A stretch of 64,000 bases of DNA from Methanococcus vannielii SB (GTDB taxonomy: Archaea; AGJL01; Methanococci; Methanococcales; Methanococcaceae): the NCBI RefSeq assembly GCF_000017165.1, contig NC_009634.1:384249-448248 (forward strand). Direction: 5' to 3'. The position numbers and the translations under genes are program-made. Under the pieces are notes generated by a model. It made no database searches. It worked only from the letters and a program-made list of their open reading frames with translations, and was not told the DNA's origin. Positions 32,471-44,052 of this stretch are shown here, piece by piece. How positions within the stretch are numbered: position 1 is the first letter of the stretch; each line of letters opens with the position of its first letter.

Positions 32471-32959
32471 GTGAAAAATATGAATATAACAATTATTTCT
32501 GTTGGAAAAATAAAAGAAAAGTATCTTGAAGATGCAGTATTAGAATACAAAAAAAGGCTTTCTAGATACACTAAATTAAATATTATTGAAATTTCTGACG
32601 AAAAAACGCCTGAAAATCCAAGCGATGTTGAAAAGTCAAAAATACTTGATAAAGAAGCTGAAGGAATTTTTAAAAATTTAAAGGGGGATTTTTACGTAGT
32701 TACTCTTGAAATTCTTGGAAAAGAGTTAGATTCAAAAGAATTAGCAAAAAATATAAATGATCTTTCGATTTCTGGGAAAAAAAATATAGTATTTGTTATT
32801 GGGGGGTCATTAGGGCTTTCACAAAAAGTTTCTGAAAAGTCCAATTTTAAATTATCTTTTTCAAAAATGACTTTTCCACACCAACTAATGAGAGTTATCT
32901 TATTAGAACAGATTTACCGTAGTTTCAGAATAATTAACGGGGAACCATACCATAAATAA
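32471..32959 (+). CDS. rlmH: 23S rRNA (pseudouridine-N3)-methyltransferase RlmH (SPOUT, YbeA/DUF163)
   Basis: C-terminal MTFPHQLMRVILLEQIYRSFRIINGEPYHK aligns with E. coli RlmH [29 protein letters not shown]. A glycine-rich SAM loop (VIGGSLGLS) is present. The true start is probably MNITIISVGK at 32483. Confidence 0.85.
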   Translation: MKNMNITIISVGKIKEKYLEDAVLEYKKRLSRYTKLNIIEISDEKTPENPSDVEKSKILDKEAEGIFKNLKGDFYVVTLEILGKELDSKELAKNINDLSISGKKNIVFVIGGSLGLSQKVSEKSNFKLSFSKMTFPHQLMRVILLEQIYRSFRIINGEPYHK

Positions 32960-33373
32960 ATTGTTAAGGGATTTTAATGAAATATATATGTCTTTTACTT
33001 TAATTTATAAGCCTTGAAATTTCAAAAAAATTTTATGAAAAAGTCATAATTCAAAAAATTATTCTTGATTTTGAAATAGATGATTTTGTTTATAAGTTGA
33101 AGAAACTGCAAAAATGATTCAACACCCTTTTGAATTCATAAACTCCATGATTTAAGTAGTATATAGTTATTAAAATCATATTTATTTAGTTTATTTTAAA
33201 AATTATATCTATTAGTTTATATATTCAAATAATATAGTACATATATGAAAAAGTCTAAAAAACCAAAGTGGCATAAATAACCTTGTTATAATAATCATGA
33301 CTGCTTTACTATATATGGCAAGTAGTGATTTTTCCCGTAAAATATCTTCCTGTTTAAAATATGCCTGAGTAAT

Positions 33374-33425
33374 AAAATATATATAGGTATTCTACGGGAT
33401 ATAGTAATTATTCTTCAAAGGAGGT
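33374..33425 (+). promoter_or_regulatory. putative BRE/TATA promoter and RBS of the aha (A1A0 ATP synthase) operon
   Basis: aaaatatatata at 33374-33385 lies ~47 nt upstream of the ahaH GTG. The strong SD-like aaGGAGGt at 33418-33425 sits 6 nt before the GTG at 33432. Confidence 0.4.
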
Positions 33426-33431
33426 TGTTCT

Positions 33432-33740
33432 GTGAGTGCTATAGATACCATTAGGGAAATAAAGCATGCAGAAAATGAAGCTGTAAATGCGATAGAAGAA
33501 GCTAAGAAAAAAGCAGCAGAAATAAAGCTTAATTCAGTAGAAGAAGGTAAAAAAATCATTTCTGATACTGAAACTAGTGCGGAATTATCTGCCAGTGAAT
33601 TGGTTTCTAAATTTGAAAAAGAAGCTAAAGAAAAAGCATCAGAAATTATCGCTAAAGAAGAAAAAGCTATTTCTGAAATGGTGAACATTGCTAAAGTTAA
33701 AATTTTAAATATTACATTAAAAGATGTAATTGAATTCTAA
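33432..33740 (+). CDS. ahaH: A1A0 ATP synthase subunit H
   Basis: 102 aa, charged coiled coil (IREIKHAENEAVNAIEEAKKKAAEI). It is first in the conserved ahaHIKECFABD order. Confidence 0.85.
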   Translation: MSAIDTIREIKHAENEAVNAIEEAKKKAAEIKLNSVEEGKKIISDTETSAELSASELVSKFEKEAKEKASEIIAKEEKAISEMVNIAKVKILNITLKDVIEF

Positions 33741-33768
33741 CGATTTTTCTGTTGTGAAAACTTGAAAG

Positions 33769-35838
33769 GTGGTTTTATTGAGACCCGCAAGAATGAAAAA
33801 AATTAGGGCGGTCATCTTAGATGAAAAAGTAGATCCTGTTATTAGGAAACTCCATGAAAGCGGGCTAGTGGAGTTATACGATTTATCTACTAAACTCGAA
33901 GACCCTGAATGGAGTGCATTTTTGGCACCTTCACCTTCAGCCGAGTACGGTAGAAACGTCGCTTCGTTAACAATTAAAGTTAGCAGAATGCTAGATTTAT
34001 TCTCTAACGTTAGCAAAGGGGAAAAAACAGGACTTTCAGGAATATTAAATCCAAAAGTACCTGAAAAGAAAAAACTATCATTTTCATCATCCGCAGAGAT
34101 TATCTCCCATGTTGAAAACGTACTTTCATGCGTTGAAGGAGAAGTCTCGGAACCCGCTAAAAAGTTGGCCGAACTCGAAAATAGAAAAGCTATTCTTGAA
34201 GCATTAAAAGATAGTGTTAAATATCTCGCTGATTTTGAATTGGATCTTAAATTCCTTGGAGAAGGCCCATATACGTATACTGTTTCAGGTCTTTCATTTC
34301 CTGAAAACTTAAAGGGACTTGAATCATCATTAACTGATGTTACAGATGGATACGTTGAAATTGTTAAAGGGGCGCCAGTAAATACTGGTGAAAAGGAACA
34401 AAAGATTCCAATAATTGTCAATACATTAAAACAATACATGGATGTAGTAGGTGCTGAGCTTAGAAAATCCGGATTTGAAAGACTCGATATTTCAGAAGTT
34501 ATCGGGACTCCAAAAGATGTTTTTATAGGGTCTGAAAAGGAACTCCAAAGTATTGAAAAGGATACGAAATCTATTTTAGAAAAATTGAATGCACTTTCTA
34601 AAAAATGGACTGAAGAAGTATTAGTACTACATGAAATCCTTGAAATTGAAAAAGAGAGAGCTGAAGCCTATTCAATGACCGGTAAAACTGTAAGGACACA
34701 CCTTGTTGAAGCTTGGGCACCATCTAAATACGTTAAAAAAGTCCAAGAGATAATTGAAACTGCTTCTGAAGGATACTCCGTTGTTGAAATTTCGGAGCCA
34801 GATGAACCAGTTGAAAAAATACCTGTACTTTTAGACAATAAAAAAGCGATTAAACCATTTGAAATGCTTACTGAGATGTACGCACCTCCAAAATATAATG
34901 AAATCGACCCTACAATGATGATAATGCCTGGATTTTTATTATTCTATGGCATTATGCTTACAGATGCAGTGTATGGTTTATTACTTGCTTTGGCAGGTGT
35001 TGTACTTTGGAAGAGAATGGGTAAAGTAAGCCAAGGCGCATACAATCTTGGGTATATATTAACGCTTTCTGGTCTTTCAACAGTGTTCTTTGGAATATTA
35101 ACTGGCGGGTATTTGGGAGACTTTATGCTCCAATTTATGGGTATGGATATTTACTCAACAGGACTTGCTTTGGTAAATCCACTTGGTGAAAGTACATACA
35201 TTAGTGCCGCTAAACCATTACTGAGTCTTGGCGGAATTGACGTAAATAATGGGCCTATGACAATATTGTTATTCTCAATTGTTGCAGGTATTTTGCACCT
35301 ATTTATTGGTTTAACAGTTGGCATTTCTGAAAGTTTAAAAAAGAAATCATTATTAGATGCATTCTTAGGTCAAGGAATGTGGATGCTATTAATACTTGCA
35401 ATTGTAACTACAGTATTTACTGGAAACATGATGATTGCAGGTGTTGCAGTAATTTTAGTAATTGCACTCTGTATGATTAAGGGATTCATGAATGGTGGAG
35501 TTTTAGATGCATTACTTGGTGCAATGGATATTACGGGATTTTTAGGAAACGTTCTCTCTTACGCAAGACTTTTAGCTTTATGTTTAGCTACGGGAGGTCT
35601 TGCAATGGCCGTAAATATCATGGCAAAGTTACTTGGAGACGCAATTCCGGTTATTGGAATATTAATTGCCATAGTAATGCTTGTATTTGGACATGCATTT
35701 AACTTTGTAATGAATGGTCTTGGTTCGTTCATTCACTCATTAAGATTACACTATGTAGAATTCTTTGGCCAGTATTATGAAGGCGGTGGAAAGAAATTCT
35801 CACCATTTAAGGCTAAAAGAGAGTACACTTCAAACTAA
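33769..35838 (+). CDS. ahaI: A1A0 ATP synthase subunit I (stator a-subunit)
   Basis: 689 aa. An N-terminal soluble coiled-coil domain is followed by ~7 TM helices carrying the conserved Arg region (LSYARLLAL). The true start may be TTG at 33778 (M-RPARMKKIRAV). Confidence 0.9.
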   Translation: MVLLRPARMKKIRAVILDEKVDPVIRKLHESGLVELYDLSTKLEDPEWSAFLAPSPSAEYGRNVASLTIKVSRMLDLFSNVSKGEKTGLSGILNPKVPEKKKLSFSSSAEIISHVENVLSCVEGEVSEPAKKLAELENRKAILEALKDSVKYLADFELDLKFLGEGPYTYTVSGLSFPENLKGLESSLTDVTDGYVEIVKGAPVNTGEKEQKIPIIVNTLKQYMDVVGAELRKSGFERLDISEVIGTPKDVFIGSEKELQSIEKDTKSILEKLNALSKKWTEEVLVLHEILEIEKERAEAYSMTGKTVRTHLVEAWAPSKYVKKVQEIIETASEGYSVVEISEPDEPVEKIPVLLDNKKAIKPFEMLTEMYAPPKYNEIDPTMMIMPGFLLFYGIMLTDAVYGLLLALAGVVLWKRMGKVSQGAYNLGYILTLSGLSTVFFGILTGGYLGDFMLQFMGMDIYSTGLALVNPLGESTYISAAKPLLSLGGIDVNNGPMTILLFSIVAGILHLFIGLTVGISESLKKKSLLDAFLGQGMWMLLILAIVTTVFTGNMMIAGVAVILVIALCMIKGFMNGGVLDALLGAMDITGFLGNVLSYARLLALCLATGGLAMAVNIMAKLLGDAIPVIGILIAIVMLVFGHAFNFVMNGLGSFIHSLRLHYVEFFGQYYEGGGKKFSPFKAKREYTSN

Positions 35839-35886
35839 TCAATAAATAACAAAAATAATGTAAAATAAGAATGTTTTAAGAACGAG

Positions 35887-36564
35887 GTGTTTATGATGGT
35901 ATTTGAAAACCCATTATTACTCGGAGCTATAGGTGCTGGTTTAGCAGTAGGTATTGCAGGTCTTGGTTCAGGTATCGGTGCAGGTATCACCGGTGCTAGT
36001 GGTGCAGGCGTTGTTGCAGAAGACCCTAACAAATTTGGTACTGCAATTGTATTCCAGGCATTACCTCAAACGCAAGGTCTCTATGGTTTCCTTGTTGCAA
36101 TCTTAATCTTATTTGTATTCAAAAGTGCTCCTGAATGGGCAATGCTCGCAGCAGGTATTGGTACGGGATTAGCAGGTTTATCTGCAATCGGACAAGGAAT
36201 TGCTGCTGCTGCTGGTTTAGGTGCTGTTGCAGAAAACGATGGAATATTTGGTAAAGCAATGGTTTTCTCCGTTCTTCCTGAAACACAGGCAATCTACGGT
36301 TTGTTAGTTGCTATCCTTTTATTAGTTGGAGTATTTGCAAGTCCGGGGGTTACAACAATCGCAGCACTTGGTGCTGGTTTAGCTGTGGGTTTTGCAGGTC
36401 TTTCAGGTATTGGTCAAGGTATAACTGCAGCAGGTGCAATTGGTGCTACTGCTAGGGACCCTGATGCAATGGGTAAAGGTTTAGTTTTAGCAGTTATGCC
36501 CGAAACCTTCGCTATCTTCGGTTTATTGATAGCTATCCTAATCATGCTAGGTATCATGTTCTAA
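35887..36564 (+). CDS. ahaK: A1A0 ATP synthase proteolipid subunit K, triplicated hairpin (6 TM)
   Basis: Three homologous hairpins. The ion-site motifs are ALPQTQGLYGF (Gln, no carboxylate), VLPETQAIYGL and VMPETFAIFGL. Confidence 0.9.
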   Translation: MFMMVFENPLLLGAIGAGLAVGIAGLGSGIGAGITGASGAGVVAEDPNKFGTAIVFQALPQTQGLYGFLVAILILFVFKSAPEWAMLAAGIGTGLAGLSAIGQGIAAAAGLGAVAENDGIFGKAMVFSVLPETQAIYGLLVAILLLVGVFASPGVTTIAALGAGLAVGFAGLSGIGQGITAAGAIGATARDPDAMGKGLVLAVMPETFAIFGLLIAILIMLGIMF

Positions 36565-36581
36565 CTTAAATAAACGAAACC

Positions 36582-37232
36582 TTGCGTTTCCAATATAAAT
36601 CCAATTCCGAAGGTGTTACGATGGGAGCGGAAAAGATAACATCCAAAATTATGGAAGATGCTAAAATTCAGGCAAATGTAATTTTAGCAGAAGCTCAAAA
36701 AGAAAAAGAAGCATTAATAAAAAAAGCTCATGAAGAAGCTGAAAAGAAAAAGCAAGCGATACTTAAAAAAGGAGAAAAAGATGCTGAAATGACTAGAAAT
36801 AGAATTTTAGCTGAAGCTAGACTCTCTGCTAAGAAAAATTCGCTTGAAGAAAGAGAAAGGACAATAGCAAAAGCTATTCAAAAATTAGAGGAAGATTTAG
36901 TAAAATTACCTCAAAAAGACGAATATAAAGATATTTTACTAAAAATGATTATCACCGGTGTTTATTCAGTTGGTGGTGGTGAATTAGACTTACAACTCAA
37001 CAAAAACGACTGGAAATTAATTGACGATTCCACGTTGTGGGCCCTTGAAAAGGAAATGGAAGACCGGCTTAAAAAAGTTACTGTCTTGAAAAAAGGCGAA
37101 TCCCTACCAATAATTGGCGGTTGCGTTGTAAAAACTGCAGATAAAACAAAAGTGTCCGACAATAGCCTTGAAGCAACATTTGAAAGAAATTTGGACATTA
37201 TAAGGGCTAAAATTGCTGAAATGTTGTTCTAA
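36582..37232 (+). CDS. ahaE: A1A0 ATP synthase subunit E
   Basis: N-terminal charged helix ([19 protein letters not shown]) and a globular C-domain, in the correct operon position. The true start is probably MGAEKITSK at 36621. Confidence 0.85.
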   Translation: MRFQYKSNSEGVTMGAEKITSKIMEDAKIQANVILAEAQKEKEALIKKAHEEAEKKKQAILKKGEKDAEMTRNRILAEARLSAKKNSLEERERTIAKAIQKLEEDLVKLPQKDEYKDILLKMIITGVYSVGGGELDLQLNKNDWKLIDDSTLWALEKEMEDRLKKVTVLKKGESLPIIGGCVVKTADKTKVSDNSLEATFERNLDIIRAKIAEMLF

Positions 37233-37242
37233 GGTGGTTTAA

Positions 37243-38415
37243 ATGGATGCTTTAACACAGTTAATGGAACTAGCAGGGATGCCCACCAATATATTCATGA
37301 CTTTATTGGTACTTGCAGGTATTGCCATATTCCTAGTTATTATGATCTTTTTGATAAGATATTTGGCAGAAACTGCTCCATTTGCTTACGTTAATGCAAG
37401 AGTAAGAAGTATGGAGTCAAGACTGCTTAAAGATCATAAAATGAATGAATTAATCGAAGCTGCAGGGGCTAACGAATTAATCGGGTTTTTGGAAGATACT
37501 GACTATGGGCCATATTTGTCTGAAGTATTAGGTCAAAGTGAAGATCCAACAGTTGCTGAAAAAGCACTTGATACTCACTTAGCACACGTATACAAAACAC
37601 TTGCAAATATATCACCTGACTCTGCAAGAAAAATATTAAAATTGCTTGAAAAAAAGTTTGATGTTAAAAACATTAAAACACTTTTAAGAGCAAAATACGT
37701 TGGGCTCAATGCTGAAGAAACTTTCAAATTATTAATTCCCCTTGGAACAATTCCTGAAAGCAGATTAAGGGAATTAAGTGAAACTAAATCTGTAGAAGAA
37801 ATAGTAAACGCTTTAGAAGGAACAGGTTATACGACCATTCTTTCAGATGCATTAACGGACTATGAACAGACTGGAAAGTTAACTGCTCTTGAAATGAGTT
37901 TGGATAAATCAATTCTTGAAAGCCTATGGAAAAACGTGAGTGTTGACGGTACTGAAAAAGACTTGTTTAAAGAATTTATTGGTGCAATGATTGACATTGA
38001 AAACTTAAAAATAATATTGAAAGGAAAAGCTGACGGGTTATCCTCCGAAGTTATTTCAAACTATACTACAAGCAAAGGATACGAGCTTGCTGCATGGAAG
38101 TTAAAGGAGCTTGCTGATGTCGAATCAATTGAAGGAGTTATCAGCTCACTTGAAGGTACAAAATACACTTCAATAATGAATGAAAGTCTTGAAGAATTCG
38201 AAAAAGTAAAATCCGTGTACATATTTGAAAAAGCTCTCGATAAATACTTAGTTAATATGGGTAAAAAATTATCACTGAGACAGCCATTTGGAATAGGCCC
38301 GATAATTGGACTTATTACTTCAAAAGAACTTGAAATAAGAAATTTAAAGATTATTATTAAAGGAAAAATTGAAGGATTGTCTGCTAGTGAAATCAGAGAG
38401 ATTCTTGTATCCTAA
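37243..38415 (+). CDS. ahaC: A1A0 ATP synthase subunit C
   Basis: 390 aa all-helical protein in the operon position after E. Confidence 0.85.
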   Translation: MDALTQLMELAGMPTNIFMTLLVLAGIAIFLVIMIFLIRYLAETAPFAYVNARVRSMESRLLKDHKMNELIEAAGANELIGFLEDTDYGPYLSEVLGQSEDPTVAEKALDTHLAHVYKTLANISPDSARKILKLLEKKFDVKNIKTLLRAKYVGLNAEETFKLLIPLGTIPESRLRELSETKSVEEIVNALEGTGYTTILSDALTDYEQTGKLTALEMSLDKSILESLWKNVSVDGTEKDLFKEFIGAMIDIENLKIILKGKADGLSSEVISNYTTSKGYELAAWKLKELADVESIEGVISSLEGTKYTSIMNESLEEFEKVKSVYIFEKALDKYLVNMGKKLSLRQPFGIGPIIGLITSKELEIRNLKIIIKGKIEGLSASEIREILVS

Positions 38416-38436
38416 AAACGATTGTAAAGTGATATT

Positions 38437-38736
38437 ATGAGAATCGGCGTAGTTGGGGATTCCGATGTAGCAGTCGGATTTAGACTTGCAGGACTTACGG
38501 ATGTCTACGAAGTTAAATCCCCTGAACAGGCTTCAAAAGCGATTGAAGAATTGGACAATAATGCTGAAATAGGATTAATAATTACTACTGAACGAATCGG
38601 CGAAGGAATCAGGGAAACTATTGCTAACGCAAAAAAAGTTATCGTAGAAGTTCCAGATAAAAATGGCCCTATCGTTAGAGAAAAAGATCCTGTAAAAATA
38701 TTAGTAAGAAACGCAGTCGGTATAGATATTAAGTAA
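38437..38736 (+). CDS. ahaF: A1A0 ATP synthase subunit F
   Basis: 99 aa. MRIGVVGDSDVAVGFRLAGL is typical of F subunits. Confidence 0.88.
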   Translation: MRIGVVGDSDVAVGFRLAGLTDVYEVKSPEQASKAIEELDNNAEIGLIITTERIGEGIRETIANAKKVIVEVPDKNGPIVREKDPVKILVRNAVGIDIK

Positions 38737-38751
38737 TTCTGAGGTGAAAAT

Positions 38752-40512
38752 ATGGTCGTCGGTAAAATTATTAAAATATCCGGCCCGGTTGTTGTTGCCG
38801 AAGGCATGAAAGGTTCCCAGATGTATGAAGTGGTTAAAGTAGGTAACGAAGGATTAACCGGAGAAATTATCCAGTTAACTGAAAACGAAGCGATTATTCA
38901 GGTTTACGAGGAAACTGCAGGTATTAAACCTGGAGAGGGCGTTACTGGAACCGGAGCACCTTTATCTGTAGAACTTGGCCCTGGCATGTTAAAAGCAATG
39001 TACGATGGTATCCAAAGACCTTTAAACGCAATTGAAGATGCTACAAACTCAATTTACATCCCAAGAGGGGTAAACGTACCTTCACTTCCAAGAGATGTAA
39101 AGTGGGACTTTGTGCCGTCCGTAAATGTTGGCGATGAAGTGTTAGCTGGTGACATCATCGGTACAGTTCAAGAAACTGCTTCAATCGTTCACAAAATCTT
39201 AATTCCAGTTGGAATTAACGGTAAAATCAAAGAAATTAAATCTGGAAGTTTCACTGTTGAAGAAACAGTTGCTGTTGTTGAAACAGAAAAAGGCGACAAA
39301 TTAGTAACAATGATGCAAAAATGGCCTGTAAGAAAGCCAAGACCATCAAAAGTAAAATTACCTCCGGTAATCCCATTACTTACCGGGCAAAGAGTTGAAG
39401 ATACATTCTTCGGTCTTGCAAAAGGTGGTGCTTCAGCAATTCCAGGCCCATTTGGAAGTGGTAAAACTGTTACACAACACCAGCTCGCTAAATGGTCTGA
39501 TGTGGATGTCGTAGTTTACATCGGTTGTGGAGAAAGGGGTAACGAGATGACTGAGGTTATCGAAGAATTCCCACACTTAGATGACATCAAAACCGGAAAC
39601 AAATTAATGGATAGAACCGTATTGATTGCAAATACCTCAAACATGCCCGTAGCTGCAAGAGAAGCTTCAGTTTACACTGGAATTACAATTGCAGAATATT
39701 TCAGGGATCAAGGTTTAGGTGTACTCTTAACTGCTGACTCAACATCAAGATGGGCAGAAGCAATGAGAGAGATTTCAGGTAGACTTGAAGAGATGCCTGG
39801 AGAAGAAGGTTACCCTGCATACCTTTCATCAAAACTCGCTCAGTTCTACGAGAGGGCAGGAAGAGTTGACTGTTTAGGTTCAGAAGACAGACAAGGATTC
39901 GTATGTATCGTAGGTGCAGTTTCCCCCCCAGGTGGTGACTTCTCAGAACCAGTTACATCAAACACTTTAAGAATTGTTAAGGTATTCTGGGCGTTAGATG
40001 CAAACCTTGCAAGAAGAAGACACTTCCCTGCAATCAACTGGTTAACCAGTTACTCACTCTACATCAACGATATTGCAGGCTGGTGGAAAAAGAACACTGG
40101 TGAAGACTGGAGAGTTTTAAGGGACGAAGCAATGGGTTTGCTTCAGAAAGAAGCTGAATTACAGGAAATCGTGCAATTAGTTGGTCCAGATGCACTTCCA
40201 GATAGGGAAAGAGTTATCTTAGAAATTGCTAGAATTTTAAGAGAAGACTTCTTACAGCAAGATGCATATCACGAAGTAGACAGCTACTGTTCACCTAAAA
40301 AACAGTACAACATGTTAAAAGTGATTATGACATTCTACAAAAAAGCATTGGATGCAGTAGCAAAAGGTGCAGACCCTGCAAAACTTTCAGCAGTTAGTGT
40401 AAAAGGAGACATTGCTAGAATGAAGTACATGCCTGAAGAAGAATTCATAAAAACGAAAGTACCTGAAATGATAAAGAAAATGGAATCAGAATTAGGTGCT
40501 TTAATTAAATAA
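38752..40512 (+). CDS. ahaA: A1A0 ATP synthase catalytic subunit A
   Basis: P-loop GPFGSGKT, the non-homologous region insert, and a 586-aa length. Confidence 0.95.
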   Translation: MVVGKIIKISGPVVVAEGMKGSQMYEVVKVGNEGLTGEIIQLTENEAIIQVYEETAGIKPGEGVTGTGAPLSVELGPGMLKAMYDGIQRPLNAIEDATNSIYIPRGVNVPSLPRDVKWDFVPSVNVGDEVLAGDIIGTVQETASIVHKILIPVGINGKIKEIKSGSFTVEETVAVVETEKGDKLVTMMQKWPVRKPRPSKVKLPPVIPLLTGQRVEDTFFGLAKGGASAIPGPFGSGKTVTQHQLAKWSDVDVVVYIGCGERGNEMTEVIEEFPHLDDIKTGNKLMDRTVLIANTSNMPVAAREASVYTGITIAEYFRDQGLGVLLTADSTSRWAEAMREISGRLEEMPGEEGYPAYLSSKLAQFYERAGRVDCLGSEDRQGFVCIVGAVSPPGGDFSEPVTSNTLRIVKVFWALDANLARRRHFPAINWLTSYSLYINDIAGWWKKNTGEDWRVLRDEAMGLLQKEAELQEIVQLVGPDALPDRERVILEIARILREDFLQQDAYHEVDSYCSPKKQYNMLKVIMTFYKKALDAVAKGADPAKLSAVSVKGDIARMKYMPEEEFIKTKVPEMIKKMESELGALIK

Positions 40513-40547
40513 CCTAATTAATTTTTAAACTGTAAGGAGGTTATCAT

Positions 40548-41936
40548 ATGGACGCTATGCAAAAAACCATAGAATACACATCAGTCTCCAGAATTGCTGG
40601 TCCTTTAATGGTTATTGAAGGAATTGAAGGAATTGCTTACGGTGAAATTGTAGACATTACAACTCCTAACGGAGAAAAAAGAACCGGGCAAGTTTTAGAA
40701 GCTAGAGAAGACATTGCTGTTGTTCAGGTGTTTGAAGGAACTTCAGAATTAAACACAAGTGAAACAAGAGTAAGATTTACCGGAGAAACTGCAAAAATCG
40801 GTGTATCAAAAGATATGCTTGGTAGAATTTTTAACGGTGCAGGAAAACCACTCGACGGTGGGCCTGAAATCATTGCTGAAAAAAAGGTGGATATTAACGG
40901 CTACCCGCTAAATCCTGTTTCAAGAAACCCGCCAAACGCTTTTGTTCAGACAGGTATTTCAACAATTGATGGTACAAACACCCTTGTTAGGGGGCAAAAA
41001 ATCCCAATCTTTTCCGGATCAGGTTTACCACATAACATGCTTGCTGCACAAATTGCAAGACAGGCTAAGGTAAGAGGAGAAGGTGAGCAGTTTGCAGTAG
41101 TATTCGCTGCAATGGGTATCACAAGTGAAGAATCAAACTATTTCATGGATGAATTTAAGAAAACAGGTGCTTTAGAAAAAGCTGTTGTATTCATCAACTT
41201 AGCAGATGACCCTGCAATTGAAAGAATCATTACACCAAGAATTGCATTAACGACTGCAGAGTACCTTGCATATGAAAAAGGAATGCACGTACTTGTTATA
41301 TTAACTGACCTTACAAACTACTGTGAAGCATTAAGAGAAATTGCAGCTGCAAGAAACGAAGTGCCCGGAAGAAGAGGATACCCAGGTTACATGTACACTG
41401 ACCTAGCATCTCTTTATGAAAGAGCAGGAAGAGTTAAAGGTAAAGAAGGAACTGTAACACAGATTCCAATTCTTACAATGCCTCACGATGATATTACACA
41501 CCCAATCCCTGACCTTACAGGATACATTACTGAAGGACAGATTGTGCTTTCAAGAGAATTAAACAGAAAAGGTATCTATCCGCCAGTTGACATCTTGCCA
41601 TCACTTTCAAGACTTGCAGGTAATGGACAGGGTCCTGGAAAAACAAGAGATGACCATGCAAAAGTTATCAGCCAAGCATACGCTGCATACGCAGAAGGTA
41701 GAGGTTTAAGAGACCTTGTAGCTGTTGTTGGTGAAGAGGCTTTAACTGAAAGAGATAGGGCATTCTTAAAATTTGCTGATGCATTTGAAGGGAGAGTTGT
41801 AACTCAAGGCGTAGATGAAGATAGAAGCATTGAAGAAACACTCGACATTATTTGGGAATTATTAACAATCTTACCAAAATCAGAATTGAAGAGAGTTTCA
41901 GACGAATTAATTGAAAAATATTTACCTAAAAAATAA
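40548..41936 (+). CDS. ahaB: A1A0 ATP synthase subunit B
   Basis: 462 aa B/regulatory subunit carrying a degenerate P-loop region (SGSGLPHN). Confidence 0.95.
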   Translation: MDAMQKTIEYTSVSRIAGPLMVIEGIEGIAYGEIVDITTPNGEKRTGQVLEAREDIAVVQVFEGTSELNTSETRVRFTGETAKIGVSKDMLGRIFNGAGKPLDGGPEIIAEKKVDINGYPLNPVSRNPPNAFVQTGISTIDGTNTLVRGQKIPIFSGSGLPHNMLAAQIARQAKVRGEGEQFAVVFAAMGITSEESNYFMDEFKKTGALEKAVVFINLADDPAIERIITPRIALTTAEYLAYEKGMHVLVILTDLTNYCEALREIAAARNEVPGRRGYPGYMYTDLASLYERAGRVKGKEGTVTQIPILTMPHDDITHPIPDLTGYITEGQIVLSRELNRKGIYPPVDILPSLSRLAGNGQGPGKTRDDHAKVISQAYAAYAEGRGLRDLVAVVGEEALTERDRAFLKFADAFEGRVVTQGVDEDRSIEETLDIIWELLTILPKSELKRVSDELIEKYLPKK

Positions 41937-41969
41937 AATTCAGAAGCTGAAATTTTCCCATCTTATTAA

Positions 41970-42629
<660 letters not shown>

Positions 42630-42651
42630 TTTTAACAATATTGGTGGTTTT

Positions 42652-43017
42652 ATGTTTAGAATTACTGGAAAAATTAAGGAAATTGAAGATAAAATTGAAG
42701 GTAAAAAGCATGGTGAGGCTAAACTTGAATTAGTTGGCCAGAAAGTTCCAATTTTTGCATCTGAAACTGTCGAAATTAAATCAGGACAGATAAAAGCAGT
42801 AAATATTCAAAAAATTTGCCTGCCCAAAAAAACAGTTTTAATGCCTTCTGCATACATTCAGCATAAGTTAGGAAACATGGTATCTTTAGGGGAAGAAATT
42901 CCTGTTCCTTTTGAACATGAACGATGTCTTGAGTACGCAATATTTATTGCAGTAAAAGACGGAAAAATTAATGAAGGAGAACTCATTGGAACCATTATAG
43001 TACTCCATGCTGAATAA
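42652..43017 (+). CDS. hypothetical protein (122 aa) immediately after ahaD, likely co-transcribed
   Basis: The ORF-track start at 42601 overlaps the ahaD 3' end by 29 nt. An internal Met (MFRITGKIKEI) at 42652 avoids this overlap. No recognisable motif. Confidence 0.45.
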   Translation: MFRITGKIKEIEDKIEGKKHGEAKLELVGQKVPIFASETVEIKSGQIKAVNIQKICLPKKTVLMPSAYIQHKLGNMVSLGEEIPVPFEHERCLEYAIFIAVKDGKINEGELIGTIIVLHAE

Positions 43018-43074
43018 TTGACTACTCTAAAAAATAATTAACTACCATCAATATACTTTTTTAAATCTTGCTTC

Positions 43075-43521
43075 GTGAAAAAAATGGCTAAAGAAAATTT
43101 ACAGGCTAATTTGGGAAATCCAAAAATTCAGAGTGTTGATACAATATATCCTTTTTTAAATAATTTAAAGTCCAATATTACAAGAAAAACTCTTTATGAA
43201 CTTCTAAAAGAAGATAAGCCTTTTTTAATAATAAATGGACAGCGTTACAGGGTTAAAAGAAAAGAATTAGAATTTATAAATGAAAATGTATCAAAAGACA
43301 TTCGAATACCAATTATTTTAGAATTTGATTCAAATTATGAAGCAGGAACTGTAAAAATAGAAGGCATTGAAGAAATTAAAGTAATTTCAAAGATATTAAA
43401 TAAAGAACTAAATCCATTTAGTAAAGACAATATTCTTTATATGTATAAGCCAGAACTAAGGGAAGTTAGAAGAGTTCTTCCTACGGCAACACAATACTTA
43501 TTTAAAATAGGGATTGATTAA
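43075..43521 (+). CDS. hypothetical protein (148 aa)
   Basis: Clean ORF on the same strand as the aha operon. No motif recognised. Confidence 0.45.
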   Translation: MKKMAKENLQANLGNPKIQSVDTIYPFLNNLKSNITRKTLYELLKEDKPFLIINGQRYRVKRKELEFINENVSKDIRIPIILEFDSNYEAGTVKIEGIEEIKVISKILNKELNPFSKDNILYMYKPELREVRRVLPTATQYLFKIGID

Positions 43522-43530
43522 GGAAATAGT

Positions 43531-43707
43531 ATGTTAAAAAAGAAAAAATATTACGGAAACGACCCTTTTAAAAAAATTATGAACGACCCTAAAAAAAGCG
43601 AAAAAGTTTATAAGATATTATTCTTAGTAAATATATGGGTTTGGTTTTCAATGTTCATTGGAGCAGTAATTTTTGTAATATGGGCCTACAAATACTTGTC
43701 AGCATAA
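43531..43707 (+). CDS. possible small membrane protein (58 aa, one TM helix)
   Basis: ATG at 43531, 8 nt after the previous stop. Hydrophobic core ILFLVNIWVWFSMFIGAVIFVIWAY. It falls below the ORF-track length cutoff. Confidence 0.3.
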   Translation: MLKKKKYYGNDPFKKIMNDPKKSEKVYKILFLVNIWVWFSMFIGAVIFVIWAYKYLSA

Positions 43708-43720
43708 AATGGTGATTTAA

Positions 43721-43984
43721 ATGAACGAGTATGTTTTATATTTTACAATGTTTGCATTAATAACCAGTGCATTTTCTGCACTTAGATTATCGTTTAAAAA
43801 AGAAACTTCAAACGTTCTTATTGGGGAAGGCTTAATGGCAGTAGTAATTGCCACATTTTTGGTTATTTTATCTAAATTTTACGGAATAATATATTTAGAA
43901 ACGGTTGCTTTATTAATTTTAGTATGTGGGCCAGTTGGAACTATTGCATTTTCAAAATTCATGAGAAAAATAGACATTAAATAA
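43721..43984 (+). CDS. small membrane protein (87 aa, 3 predicted TM helices)
   Basis: Hydrophobic segments FTMFALITSAFSAL, LMAVVIATFLVIL and LLILVCGPVGTIAF. Confidence 0.35.
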   Translation: MNEYVLYFTMFALITSAFSALRLSFKKETSNVLIGEGLMAVVIATFLVILSKFYGIIYLETVALLILVCGPVGTIAFSKFMRKIDIK

Positions 43985-44052
43985 AATACTGAAAAATTAC
44001 TATTTAAAATTAAAAAAGATAAATTATTGAATTAAATAATTTTCAAAATTAA

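Noticed and set aside
32960-33431. 472-bp intergenic region upstream of the aha operon as a possible ncRNA locus
   Set aside because: It is uniformly AT-rich with no GC-rich structured segment. It is adequately explained as promoter/leader, with a TATA-like element and a strong RBS.
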